Assembly (NCBI GenBank): GCA_963733095.1
Contig: CAVTBV010000001.1
Location: 32,001-96,000 of the forward strand
Direction of reading: 5' to 3'
DNA length: 64,000 nt
DNA from: Candidatus Bathyarchaeota archaeon
GTDB lineage: Archaea > Thermoproteota > Bathyarchaeia > Bathyarchaeales > Bathycorpusculaceae
Positions 29,270 through 38,199 of the stretch are shown in pieces (positions within the stretch are counted from its first letter, which is position 1; every line of letters starts with the position of its first letter). The translations under genes and the position numbers were made by a program. A model generated the notes under the pieces. The model was given only the letters and a program-made list of their open reading frames with translations. It was not told the origin of the DNA and made no database searches.

Positions 29270-29767
29270 ATGGAGAGAAACAACAAATTGAAGTTAAAAG
29301 ACGGAGTACAAGCATGGTTAAACGGGGCTTTAAACGACCCCATTGTAGAAATACTGGCAAAAAACAGTCAATTAACAAAAACACAACTCGAAACATACCT
29401 AATAGACGTTTTAGCTGAAAATCTATCAGGTAAACAACTAAAATACGATGAAAAAGCCGCATTAAGGCTAACTAAGGCTAAAATAAGCCGTGGAGCCTTT
29501 AATAGGACATTAAAACAGTCCAAAGAAAACGTTATAAAATCCATATACACAGTATTACTTTTAGGGTATTTGGGTGTGTTTGAGAGCACAACTCTTGACC
29601 CTTACCTCGAAATAGCAAATAAACTGCACGAATATGTGGAAGCTCACCAGGATATGCCCGGTAAAGAAGAGGAACTAAAAGACCATCTAAAAGTCATAGA
29701 AATCATCCGAAACGAGCTCGAAATGAGCTTAAAACGACTTTCTAGCCCATCGAAAGAGGCCCTGTGA
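29270..29767 (+). CDS. Uncharacterised protein with putative HTH
   Basis: LTKTQLE...ISRGAFNRTLKQSKENVIKSIYTVLLLGY, an HTH-like helix pattern. Confidence 0.75.
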   Translation: MERNNKLKLKDGVQAWLNGALNDPIVEILAKNSQLTKTQLETYLIDVLAENLSGKQLKYDEKAALRLTKAKISRGAFNRTLKQSKENVIKSIYTVLLLGYLGVFESTTLDPYLEIANKLHEYVEAHQDMPGKEEELKDHLKVIEIIRNELEMSLKRLSSPSKEAL

Positions 29768-30063
29768 CATCACAAATCACATATTTTACCAAATTTTTTC
29801 ATTATTTTTACAAATTAATTTATAAAGAATATAAGTCTATTATTCAAGGGCTATTTGTAAAAATACCCCTAATCCTATGGTTATTTGATTCATGGAAAAG
29901 CAGTAGATGAAGCACCTTTAGTAATTTGTGATGTGTGATGTCATAGAAATGATGAGCAAATATCACCATAAACCTTAATAGTTCATGGGAAATATTGTGA
30001 TGTGTGATGCAACCCTTAAAATCACGGTTAAGTCACGTCTAAATCACAGGAGAACACATCACG
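29763..30063. repeat. RTCAC motif cluster (12 copies) including two exact TTGTGATGTGTGATG copies
   Basis: 15-mer at 29926 and 29995; copies at 30021, 30032 and 30043 are 11 bp apart. Confidence 0.75.
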
Positions 30064-30843
30064 ATAGACCTCACAACTGTAATCTTTGGCGTTTTATTAG
30101 CAGTCACAGCAGCAACTGCCTTTGAATATTACAGACAAATCCGCAAGGCGCATAAAGAATACGAGAAAGCCAGAGACTTTGTAGAAGATATCGTGTTAAG
30201 TTTCGACCGTGAACTTAAACGTGAATCAAACAGATTTGAGTCGATGGCGTCTAAAGTCGAAGGAAGCTACGCTAAAGCAGATACAAGCCTTAGAAAAATA
30301 GAGAGCCTCGAGAAAAAAATCGGCCCTTTCGAAGATAAGCTTAGTGATTTCAACCAATCATATCAGACTATGTCACAGTCAATCTCACAAACCCTTGCAG
30401 AAAGCACCCAAAACAACACAAAAATACTATCCGATTTGTCAGGGTTAGAAACCAAACTAAGAGATATCGAAGCAACCCAAGAAACTTTAAGAAACAGAAT
30501 AACAGGGGTCGAAGAACAGGTCCAAAAGCTGCCGACCACGCCATCTCAAGAAATAAAAAACGAAATCATGCTACCACCCATTCATATCAAACGTGACAAA
30601 GCATTAGCAGCATTGACAGATACCGAAATTACAGTTTTAGAAATGTTGTCTAAAGAAGGGCCAAAGACAGCTCCTGAAATAAAAGAAAGAGTGACTCTTA
30701 GCAGGGAACATACAGCTAGGTTGATGAAGAAACTCTATGAAGAAGGATACTTGGAGAGGGAATCTGGCAAAATTCCTTTCAGGTACAGCATCAAGATAGA
30801 AATGGAGAACCTCATGCAGAAGGCAGAGAGTAACCAATCATAA
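30058..30843 (+). CDS. Putative membrane-anchored coiled-coil winged-helix protein (non-canonical start)
   Basis: Frame is open from TAA 30040-42 and adds IDLTTVIFGVLLAVTAATAFEYYRQIRK (TM-like) before ORF-track GTG 30193; long heptad region; C-terminal LTDTEITVLEML..TAPEIKERVTLSREHTARLMKKLYEEGYLER wHTH. Confidence 0.75.
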   Translation: MTIDLTTVIFGVLLAVTAATAFEYYRQIRKAHKEYEKARDFVEDIVLSFDRELKRESNRFESMASKVEGSYAKADTSLRKIESLEKKIGPFEDKLSDFNQSYQTMSQSISQTLAESTQNNTKILSDLSGLETKLRDIEATQETLRNRITGVEEQVQKLPTTPSQEIKNEIMLPPIHIKRDKALAALTDTEITVLEMLSKEGPKTAPEIKERVTLSREHTARLMKKLYEEGYLERESGKIPFRYSIKIEMENLMQKAESNQS

Positions 30844-30882
30844 AACTATAGCATTGATTTGGTAAATTGTTACTCGATGTGA

Positions 30883-31314
30883 TTATTTTATGCGTTGTTT
30901 TAAGGTTGCTTGTGGAATGTTTGGTGCGGTCTTGTACTTTAGGCTGTTTGATCCGCCTGTCCTTAGCAGCATACCTTTTGTAGCCATCCTTGAAAGGTAA
31001 GTTGAAACTGTACTGAGACTAACTGGTTCTTTGAGTTCTTGCTCATAGATTGACTGGATGTCTTTTGATGAGAACCAAATCAAGGGAAAATTCCTCTGGA
31101 TAACTAATTGAACCTTCTCAAAACGAGACAAAATCTTATTTGGTAAGGTGTTTCCTGCACTTGCAGTGGGACCTTCACCAGGTGCACCGCCTAACAATTC
31201 AACCAGATCGAGCAGGCGCAGAGCTTTGTCACGGGTCACTTGACCCTCAAAAGCAATGGTATATCGATTACCATCACTATCGAACAGCTCAACACGCATT
31301 TTACGAGCCGGCAT
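30883..31314 (-). CDS. Uncharacterised protein, small N-terminal domain + C-terminal winged helix
   Basis: FSSKDIQSIYEQELKEPVSLSTVSTYLSRMATKGMLLR wHTH. Confidence 0.78.
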   Translation of the reverse strand: MPARKMRVELFDSDGNRYTIAFEGQVTRDKALRLLDLVELLGGAPGEGPTASAGNTLPNKILSRFEKVQLVIQRNFPLIWFSSKDIQSIYEQELKEPVSLSTVSTYLSRMATKGMLLRTGGSNSLKYKTAPNIPQATLKQRIK

Positions 31315-31334
31315 CTGGTTACACCTTAAGGTTG

Positions 31335-31743
31335 TTCACAATTTACGCTTCACACCTTATAGCTGTTATGGTGAAACAGGAGATGAAAAATAGCCAGAAT
31401 TGAACCTAAAAATATGTAATAGGTGAATTTTGGAGCTAATTCATTATTACCAGCTTCACAATAAAGTAAAACAGCTGAAGAAATTTAGTTACAGCTTGGA
31501 TTCACTTTTCCAGTAGAAGTGTAGGGGTGCCTTATTCACTTGTAAAAGACAGGAATAAGGTAATTTATCAGAAATGGAACTCAACAACGCGACAATTACA
31601 AAGCTAATTCACATATATTCACAATTTTGTGAACGGAAAAACTCAGAAAAACTCCTGAGAAAAAAAGAAAAGAGAACTTGGCATTTCAACAAGCATGCCA
31701 TGATTAAAACAACCTACCAACCGCTTTTTTCAACATAATTCAC
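31335..31743. repeat. TTCAC motif cluster (11 copies) including palindrome TTCACAA-TT-TTGTGAA
   Basis: Copies at 31335, 31349, 31371, 31423, 31455, 31501, 31535, 31608, 31618, 31629 and 31739. Confidence 0.7.
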
Positions 31744-32110
31744 CATGGAAAAATTCTCGCAGGCACACCCCTATGTTTCCTCTCGAAGCATTTGGGACAA
31801 AAAGAAGTCAGAAGAGGTCGAAAAAATATTTACAGAATGTTTGTCTAAAATCTTGGATAGCAATTATTAATATATAAAATTACGTTTTACCTATCAGAGT
31901 ATATATCTATATATAATATAATTAGTGTTTTTCTTTTAACAAACCTTTTTCTCCAGTAGAAACTTTGGGGTGTGTCTACTCTTGCTTTATTTAGTCTATG
32001 TCGACTGTTTTCATTGTTTTTTAGGATAGTTGTGTTCTAAAACCATTTTTTTGTAGTGTATCCTTTATCTGTTCCACACGAAATAACGGTATATCCTCTG
32101 AAGAAAGAGG
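31508..32110. other. Replication origin (oriC) with ORB elements and AT-rich unwinding tract
   Basis: ORB-like TTCCAGTAGAAGTGTAGGGGTG (31508, +), TTCGAGAGGAAACATAGGGGTGTG (31764-31787, -), CTCCAGTAGAAACTTTGGGGTGTG (31951, +), mini-ORB GTTCCACACGAAAT (32071); AT-rich tract ~31860-31940; directly upstream of cdc6. Confidence 0.85.
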
Positions 32111-32123
32111 GATGGCAAGGTAA

Positions 32124-33365
32124 ATGGGGAATTCAAGCGTACTAGATGATGTATTCGAAAACTTCGTAAAAGGGGCAAAACTGTTCAAAGACCGAGAGGT
32201 CCTAAGGCACGATTATCTTCCCGATAAACTGCCTCACCGAGAAGACCAGATTCGACTGTTAGGTTCAACTGTTGCTCCAGTTCTAAGAGATTCAAGATGT
32301 TCTAACATTTTCATCTATGGCAAAACAGGTACAGGAAAAACAGCGGTAACAAAGTATGTTTTAAGTCACCTTGAGTCCAAAGCAAAGGAGTATGGTGCAA
32401 AGGTAAAATTCTGCTACATAAATTGCCGAATGACCGGTTCAGAATACAGGGTTTTTGCAAGTCTAAGTCAAAGTGTTGGTTTATCGATTCCTTTTACTGG
32501 TTTGTCGGTGGGAGAAGTTTTTGATAGATTCCGTTCAGGACTAGATTCTTCGAGAGTAATTTTCATAATTGTCTTAGACGAAGTGGACGCTTTGATTAAA
32601 GAGCACGGCGACGCTTTTATGTATGAGTTAACCCGGATAAACGAAACATTAACCAGGAGTAAGGTTGCCCTAATCGGAATATCCAACGACCTGCGCCTCA
32701 AGGAATTTTTAGATCCAAGAGTGTTCAGTTCCCTTAGCGAAGAAGAACTAGTCTTTAGGCCATACGACGCAGGAGAGTTGCGCAACATTCTGTTGGAGCG
32801 TTCAAAATTATCCTTCCAAGATGGTGTTCTATCTGATTCTGCTTTGAGCATCTGCTCGGCTTTAGCAGCTGCGGAACATGGTGATGCTAGACGGGCTTTA
32901 GACCTTCTACGCGTTGCTGGAGAGGTGGCTGAGCGCTCAGGGTCTAAAACGATTAATGAAGAACATGTGCGACAGGCTGAGAAGCATATAGAGCACAACC
33001 GTGTTGTAGACGCTCTCAACAACTTGACTTTGCATTCAAAATTGGTGTTGTTAAGCGTTTACCATCTAAACAAGTCAAGCGCTACAACCGGCGAAATTTA
33101 CGATATCTATAATGAGTTGTGCGGTGAAATGGGCGCGGGGCTCCTTACTCAGCGTCGTTTGGGTACGTTGGTTAATGAGCTTGATTCGATGGGTCTAGTG
33201 AACGCAAAAGTTGTAAGTATGGGACGGTACGGCAGAACCAAAAAGATTAGGTTGGAAATTTCACGCAGTTTGATTCGTGACGTGTTTGGCGGGGACAACC
33301 GTTTTAGCCGTTTGATTGAGTATTCACCCCAAGCTTCCCATAAGAGTTCAGGCGGCAGCGCCTAA
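32124..33365 (+). CDS. cdc6: Orc1/Cdc6 replication initiator
   Basis: YLPDKLPHRE, GKTGTGKT, VLDEVD, GDARRALDLLR and C-terminal wHTH with GRYGRT. Confidence 0.97.
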   Translation: MGNSSVLDDVFENFVKGAKLFKDREVLRHDYLPDKLPHREDQIRLLGSTVAPVLRDSRCSNIFIYGKTGTGKTAVTKYVLSHLESKAKEYGAKVKFCYINCRMTGSEYRVFASLSQSVGLSIPFTGLSVGEVFDRFRSGLDSSRVIFIIVLDEVDALIKEHGDAFMYELTRINETLTRSKVALIGISNDLRLKEFLDPRVFSSLSEEELVFRPYDAGELRNILLERSKLSFQDGVLSDSALSICSALAAAEHGDARRALDLLRVAGEVAERSGSKTINEEHVRQAEKHIEHNRVVDALNNLTLHSKLVLLSVYHLNKSSATTGEIYDIYNELCGEMGAGLLTQRRLGTLVNELDSMGLVNAKVVSMGRYGRTKKIRLEISRSLIRDVFGGDNRFSRLIEYSPQASHKSSGGSA

Positions 33366-33366
33366 C

Positions 33367-34956
33367 TTAGATAAACGATAGAACGGTGGTATGCAGGGTT
33401 TGAAGGTTCACCACAGGAACTTTTCCCGGTGTAGGAACCAATCCTAATTTTTCCATGTAATCAGTTTGCTCCTGCCAACCGCCCGAATTAACTACCAACA
33501 CCCCGCGGTAATTGCAGTAACCGATAACATGTATGTGGCCCGCATGGAAAATATCGGGTACTTTGTCAACGACTAGGTAGTCTCTGTCTTCTGGGGACAG
33601 CATGGTTTTTCCGCCGTAGACCGGCGCTAAATGGCGGCTCTGCATGAGTAGTCGCATGGCTTTTTCTGGGTGCGCATGGTCCATTCCTGGAATCACAGAG
33701 ATTATGTCGTCAAGGCTTCGACCATGATACATAAGGATGTCGACGCCATGAAGGCTTAGGAGGCAGGGGCTGCCTACTGAATGGATATTCTTTTTACCCT
33801 TAATTGCCGTCAAGTAACCTTCCGGTATTGCAGGCTGAGGCAAGGATTTGCGTGAAGCATCGTGGTTGCCCGGCGAGAGGAAAATTTCGATGTAATCAGG
33901 AATTTTTTCAAGATACTTGGCTGCAAAGTTATACTGTTTGTGCACGTCGCGTATTGTAAGTTCGGTTTGTTGGTTGGGGTAGATTCCGACGCCGTCAACG
34001 ATGTCTCCCGCGACGAGGACGTACTTTACTCGGCTTGCAATTTCTTTCATCTCAGGCGTTCCATATTTTCCTTTGAGCCAGAGTATGAATCGTTTGAAGG
34101 CTTCTTTGTTGAATTTGGTGCTGCCAATATGTATATCGGAGGTTAAGACTGCGTAGACTGCTTCTTGAGCTCTCATTGGCTGCTTTCTGCCTACTTCGGG
34201 GAAGATTATGTCTTCCGCCATAAGCAGGTCCCCTTTTGTTTTGATAACGGCTGCACAGAATACTTGGTCAGGAAGAAGCATGAGTGCTTTCTTTTTGACT
34301 TCTTCAGGTGCCTTCTGCGGGATAAGTATGGTTGCACTTCCATTGAGGTCTTCAACCGAGAGTATGGTGTTGTTTTTTGAATCGCGCTTCTCGGTTAACA
34401 TGCAGATTATTTTTAGTTTGGTTTTGGGAGGTGACTTGAGGGCTTCTTGGATTGGAGTCGCAGCTTTTACATCCATCCTCTGCCTTAGTAAACGTTCGAT
34501 GCGTTTGAATCGATCTTGAAAGTACCGTAAATACTCTTCGAGGGTTCCATTCGAGGTTAGCTTTCCTGTTGCGTCATCGAGGATTTTGATGTCTGCAAGT
34601 ATCTCTTTGGCGTAAGGGTAGAATTCAAAGTCATCAAAATTATTCTCCGTTGCTGGTGGCTCTTCAATAATGGTTGGCGCTGTCTTCTGAACCTGTTGGG
34701 TCTCCTCCACAGGTACTTCTTGAACGGGAACTGTTGCCTGTGTAGGTTGCTGCATCAAAGCCTCCAAAAACTCTCTCTCGATAAACATCGGCTTGTCCTG
34801 CAGTGCTTCTATTCTTTGAAGTGCTAAATTCATCATGCCGACTGGGTCGTTTGTTTCAGCATTCTGGGTCAAGAACTCGAAAGCTTCGCTGTTAAGTTGG
34901 TAGCCTGCAGCTATTATTGCTTGAATTGCTATTTGGAGTCTTTCTTGTGTGCTCAT
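33367..34956 (-). CDS. polB: DNA polymerase D small subunit DP1 (proofreading exonuclease)
   Basis: SDIHIGS, AGDIVDGVGIYP, PGNHD, YHGRS, HLAP and GHIH phosphoesterase motifs. Confidence 0.96.
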   Translation of the reverse strand: MSTQERLQIAIQAIIAAGYQLNSEAFEFLTQNAETNDPVGMMNLALQRIEALQDKPMFIEREFLEALMQQPTQATVPVQEVPVEETQQVQKTAPTIIEEPPATENNFDDFEFYPYAKEILADIKILDDATGKLTSNGTLEEYLRYFQDRFKRIERLLRQRMDVKAATPIQEALKSPPKTKLKIICMLTEKRDSKNNTILSVEDLNGSATILIPQKAPEEVKKKALMLLPDQVFCAAVIKTKGDLLMAEDIIFPEVGRKQPMRAQEAVYAVLTSDIHIGSTKFNKEAFKRFILWLKGKYGTPEMKEIASRVKYVLVAGDIVDGVGIYPNQQTELTIRDVHKQYNFAAKYLEKIPDYIEIFLSPGNHDASRKSLPQPAIPEGYLTAIKGKKNIHSVGSPCLLSLHGVDILMYHGRSLDDIISVIPGMDHAHPEKAMRLLMQSRHLAPVYGGKTMLSPEDRDYLVVDKVPDIFHAGHIHVIGYCNYRGVLVVNSGGWQEQTDYMEKLGLVPTPGKVPVVNLQTLHTTVLSFI

Positions 34957-35190
34957 CGAGGTCTTGCCTGACCCATAGTCTGTGGCGGGTTTTATGTTAG
35001 GCAGTTATGTACTTGAGTTATTTACTGTTTTTTGTTTGCCGACCTTTTTCTGATTTTGAACTGTTAAGGAAAAATTTTATTGGATCATGGGCGGCTTGAT
35101 TGTATTTTTTAAATATAGTTATGAAGAATCAACTCAATTTAAATAACCAGACTGTAGTTTAGATATGTTGTATCTTTCGAGGGAAAGACA

Positions 35191-36165
35191 TTGGGTGAAT
35201 CACGTAAAATTCAGCAAACACCAACAGGAACATTCTTTGTTTGTTTACCAAGAGACTGGGCAAACGAATCTGGCCTAAAGAAGGGTGTTGAGGTAAACTT
35301 GGAAATCACCAACGACGGTAAACTTCTTATTGACCCGAAAAACGCAGGTGAACCCGATCCGAAAGTTGCAACATTAGGAGTTGGTCCCTATCTGGGGCGT
35401 GAAATCGTTGGCAGATACCTCTTGGGTTTTGACACTATTAACATTGAGGCAAAAGACCGCATCGATGCGAACGCTCGCAAAACAGTTAAGTCAACGGCGA
35501 GTTCTTTGGCCGGCTTGGAAATTGTTGAAGAGACCATCTGCAAAATTTCATTACAGAGCATTTCGCAGCAACCGTTCGGGTTTTTGCCACAAAAAATTCT
35601 GCAGCGTAATCATGGTCTTGTGGCAGGGATGATTCGGGACGTTTCGAACTCCTTCATCAACAGTGATATAGAGTTAGCTAAGAGCGTTGTTTCGCGCGAT
35701 AACGAAAGTAATAGACTTTATTTTTTGCTTGTAAGAACTCTTCGCACGATTATCCAAAATCCACGTTTAAGCGATAAACTGGGAATTACTCCGATAGAAT
35801 GTTTGGACTACCGTTTAGCCGCAAACCTAATCGAAGGTATCGGTGACTCCTGCGTTCAATTTGCTCCAAACACTATAGCGCTCAACGGAGTCAAATTGTC
35901 TGGGGAACTGAGAAAACTGCTGTTTGAACTACAATCCGTGTGTTCCGATGCTAATGAACAAGCTCTCAAATCTTTCTTAAAAAAGGACATCACGTTAGCA
36001 GAGAATGTTCGGAATCTAAGTGATAAAATCGAATCAATCTGCTTAAGCATTGAACGTATTGCGAAGGATTCGTCTGTGGATTTGATGCCGCAAACTTTGT
36101 CAGTGGTTGCATTTCTCAGACAGACATACGAACGTAGCGTAGACATGGCCGATTTAGTCGTCTAA
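35191..36165 (+). CDS. AbrB-PhoU phosphate uptake regulator family protein
   Basis: RKIQQT..TFFVCLPRDWA AbrB domain followed by two PhoU-like repeats. Confidence 0.85.
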   Translation: MGESRKIQQTPTGTFFVCLPRDWANESGLKKGVEVNLEITNDGKLLIDPKNAGEPDPKVATLGVGPYLGREIVGRYLLGFDTINIEAKDRIDANARKTVKSTASSLAGLEIVEETICKISLQSISQQPFGFLPQKILQRNHGLVAGMIRDVSNSFINSDIELAKSVVSRDNESNRLYFLLVRTLRTIIQNPRLSDKLGITPIECLDYRLAANLIEGIGDSCVQFAPNTIALNGVKLSGELRKLLFELQSVCSDANEQALKSFLKKDITLAENVRNLSDKIESICLSIERIAKDSSVDLMPQTLSVVAFLRQTYERSVDMADLVV

Positions 36166-36224
36166 CCCTGTTTCCTCTATTTTTCAACATAGTATTGACT
36201 GCTGAAAACGTCAATATAGCCATA

Positions 36225-36295
36225 CCCCCTTTTAGGGCTTTTGTACCCTCTATCGTTTCTGCATAGAAGCACTATTTAGGATCCTAATAGGTTGG
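36225..36295. repeat. Dispersed ~70-bp intergenic element, copy 2
   Basis: Inverted relative to 11005-11075; near-palindrome CTATTTAGGATCCTAATAG. Confidence 0.7.
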
Positions 36296-36340
36296 TAAAG
36301 GGTTAAATTTCCAGTTCACATTTCACAACAGGGAAATCAA

Positions 36341-36964
36341 ATGTCAACTGTTACCGATAGAGTGGCTGATGCTCTTTACTTGTCTGGATGCTTGAAGTTT
36401 GGCAGTTTTAAAATCAAGTCGGGAGCAACAAGCCCCTATTACATTGACCTTGCGCGTGTGCTATCCGCTCCCCAGCAGTTGTGTACAATCGCTGAGGCTG
36501 CCTCCGAAAAAATCAAGCAAATAATGGATACTGACCAAATATCCAAGCTCGCTTCCATCGAGCTTAAAGGTGCATTGATTGTTCCAAGCATCGCATGCAA
36601 CCTAAACCTGCCCTGTGTTATTGTTCGAAAAGAAGACAAAGCCTACGGCGTCACTGGAAGAATCGCTGGTGCAAACGTAAGCAAAGGCGATAACATCCTT
36701 TTCTTTGACGACGTCATAAGTGAAGGTCTATCCAAAGTTGAAGGCATAAAACCCCTCCAAGAATTAGGAGCCAACGTTAAGCATTTACTCGTCGTTGTAA
36801 ACCGGGAACATGGCGGCAAAGAGAAACTAGAAAAACTCGGCTATCAAGTCCACGCTTTAGCAAAAATCTCAGATATTGTGAGTTCACTGTATATCGGAAA
36901 ACATGTTTCTAAGGAGCAGGCTGAAAATGTTTTGGATTACGTAAAACACTTTAAGCTTCCTTAG
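36341..36964 (+). CDS. pyrE: Orotate phosphoribosyltransferase
   Basis: FGSFKIKSGATSPYYID, VRKEDKAYG and FFDDVISEG PRPP motif. Confidence 0.88.
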   Translation: MSTVTDRVADALYLSGCLKFGSFKIKSGATSPYYIDLARVLSAPQQLCTIAEAASEKIKQIMDTDQISKLASIELKGALIVPSIACNLNLPCVIVRKEDKAYGVTGRIAGANVSKGDNILFFDDVISEGLSKVEGIKPLQELGANVKHLLVVVNREHGGKEKLEKLGYQVHALAKISDIVSSLYIGKHVSKEQAENVLDYVKHFKLP

Positions 36965-37184
36965 TATAATGTGACACAATTTTTTCAGCTATATCACTAG
37001 AAATACCGCTGTTTAAGAGTGCCTTCCGTAGGTATTCGGGGTTATCTGTCTCCACTTTTATCACAAAATTTCTTCGGTCAGTCGCAAATGAAGTTAACCA
37101 AAACCCAAAATAGCCAAACCAACCATACCCCTATATTTATTGGCTGCCAATTCACAACAATATATTACCAAAGGAGATATCGGT

Positions 37185-38192
37185 ATGCAAGCTCAAAAGC
37201 AAGTGGTGGACGCGCTGCTCTCGTCAGATGCGTATCCGCAAGAGACAGGCAAAATTGAACTTATCCAAACTCACATATCCTTTGTTTTCTTAACTAAAAA
37301 TTATGTTTACAAGGTAAAAAAAGCCGTTAACTTCGGATTCTTAGATTTTTCCACTCTTGAAAAAAGGCATGTTTTCTGCGAAAAAGAGTTACAACTCAAT
37401 AGACGGCTCTGTCCAGAAATATACCTTGAAGTTGTTCCCATCAACAAATCAAACAGCATCAAGATAAATGGCGCCGGCGAAACCATCGAGTACGCCCTAA
37501 AAATGAAGAGGCTGCCCCAAGAAAGAATCATGACCCTGCTTCTCAAGGAAAATAAAGTTGACAAAAAAACAATCGACGATATAGCTGGGATAGTTGCTGA
37601 TTTCCACTCAAAGGCGCAGAATAGCCCCGAAATAAGCGAGTTCGGTTCTCTAAAAATAGTGAAGACCAACTGGGACGAAAACTTTGCCCAAACCACAAAA
37701 TACATCAACCAAACGATTTCCCAAACAGAATTTCAATTCATCCAAAATAAAATCGACACCTTCATGGAAAAAAACAAGTCACTTTTTGAACGCAGAATAA
37801 CCGATAAACGTATTCGAGACTGTCATGGTGACCTTCACTCGGGTAACATCTTCATTACCGGTAGAATCTGTATCTTCGATGCTATAGAATTTAACGACCG
37901 TTTCCGCTATTCCGATGTTGCAGCAGACGTTGCCTTCTTAGCCATGGATTTGGATTTCCAGCAGCGCTCCGACCTTGCCGACTACTTCATAGAACGATAT
38001 ATTGGATACTCTAAAGACCTACAACTGACTCAACTGCTTCCTTTCTACAAGTGCTACCGGGCATATGTGCGCGGCAAAGTCGTAAGCTTCAGACTTGACG
38101 ATCCAAACATAAAAACTGAAGAAAAAGAGTGTGCAACCAAAGAAGCCCAAGCCTACTTCAAAATAGCTGCCGAATACGCCAAAAACCTCTGA
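37185..38192 (+). CDS. Aminoglycoside-phosphotransferase-like kinase (COG2187 type)
   Basis: IQTHISFVFL, KVKKAVNFGFLDFSTLEKR, RDCHGDLHSGNI, FDAIEFN; start placed at ATG 37185 after AAGGAG. Confidence 0.85.
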   Translation: MQAQKQVVDALLSSDAYPQETGKIELIQTHISFVFLTKNYVYKVKKAVNFGFLDFSTLEKRHVFCEKELQLNRRLCPEIYLEVVPINKSNSIKINGAGETIEYALKMKRLPQERIMTLLLKENKVDKKTIDDIAGIVADFHSKAQNSPEISEFGSLKIVKTNWDENFAQTTKYINQTISQTEFQFIQNKIDTFMEKNKSLFERRITDKRIRDCHGDLHSGNIFITGRICIFDAIEFNDRFRYSDVAADVAFLAMDLDFQQRSDLADYFIERYIGYSKDLQLTQLLPFYKCYRAYVRGKVVSFRLDDPNIKTEEKECATKEAQAYFKIAAEYAKNL

Positions 38193-38199
38193 CGGCTTT

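Noticed and set aside
28800-31760. CRISPR array or tandem satellite as the explanation for the repeats near oriC
   Set aside because: Repeated units are only 5-15 bp, irregularly spaced and on both strands; there is no 24-40 bp repeat/spacer periodicity and no cas gene
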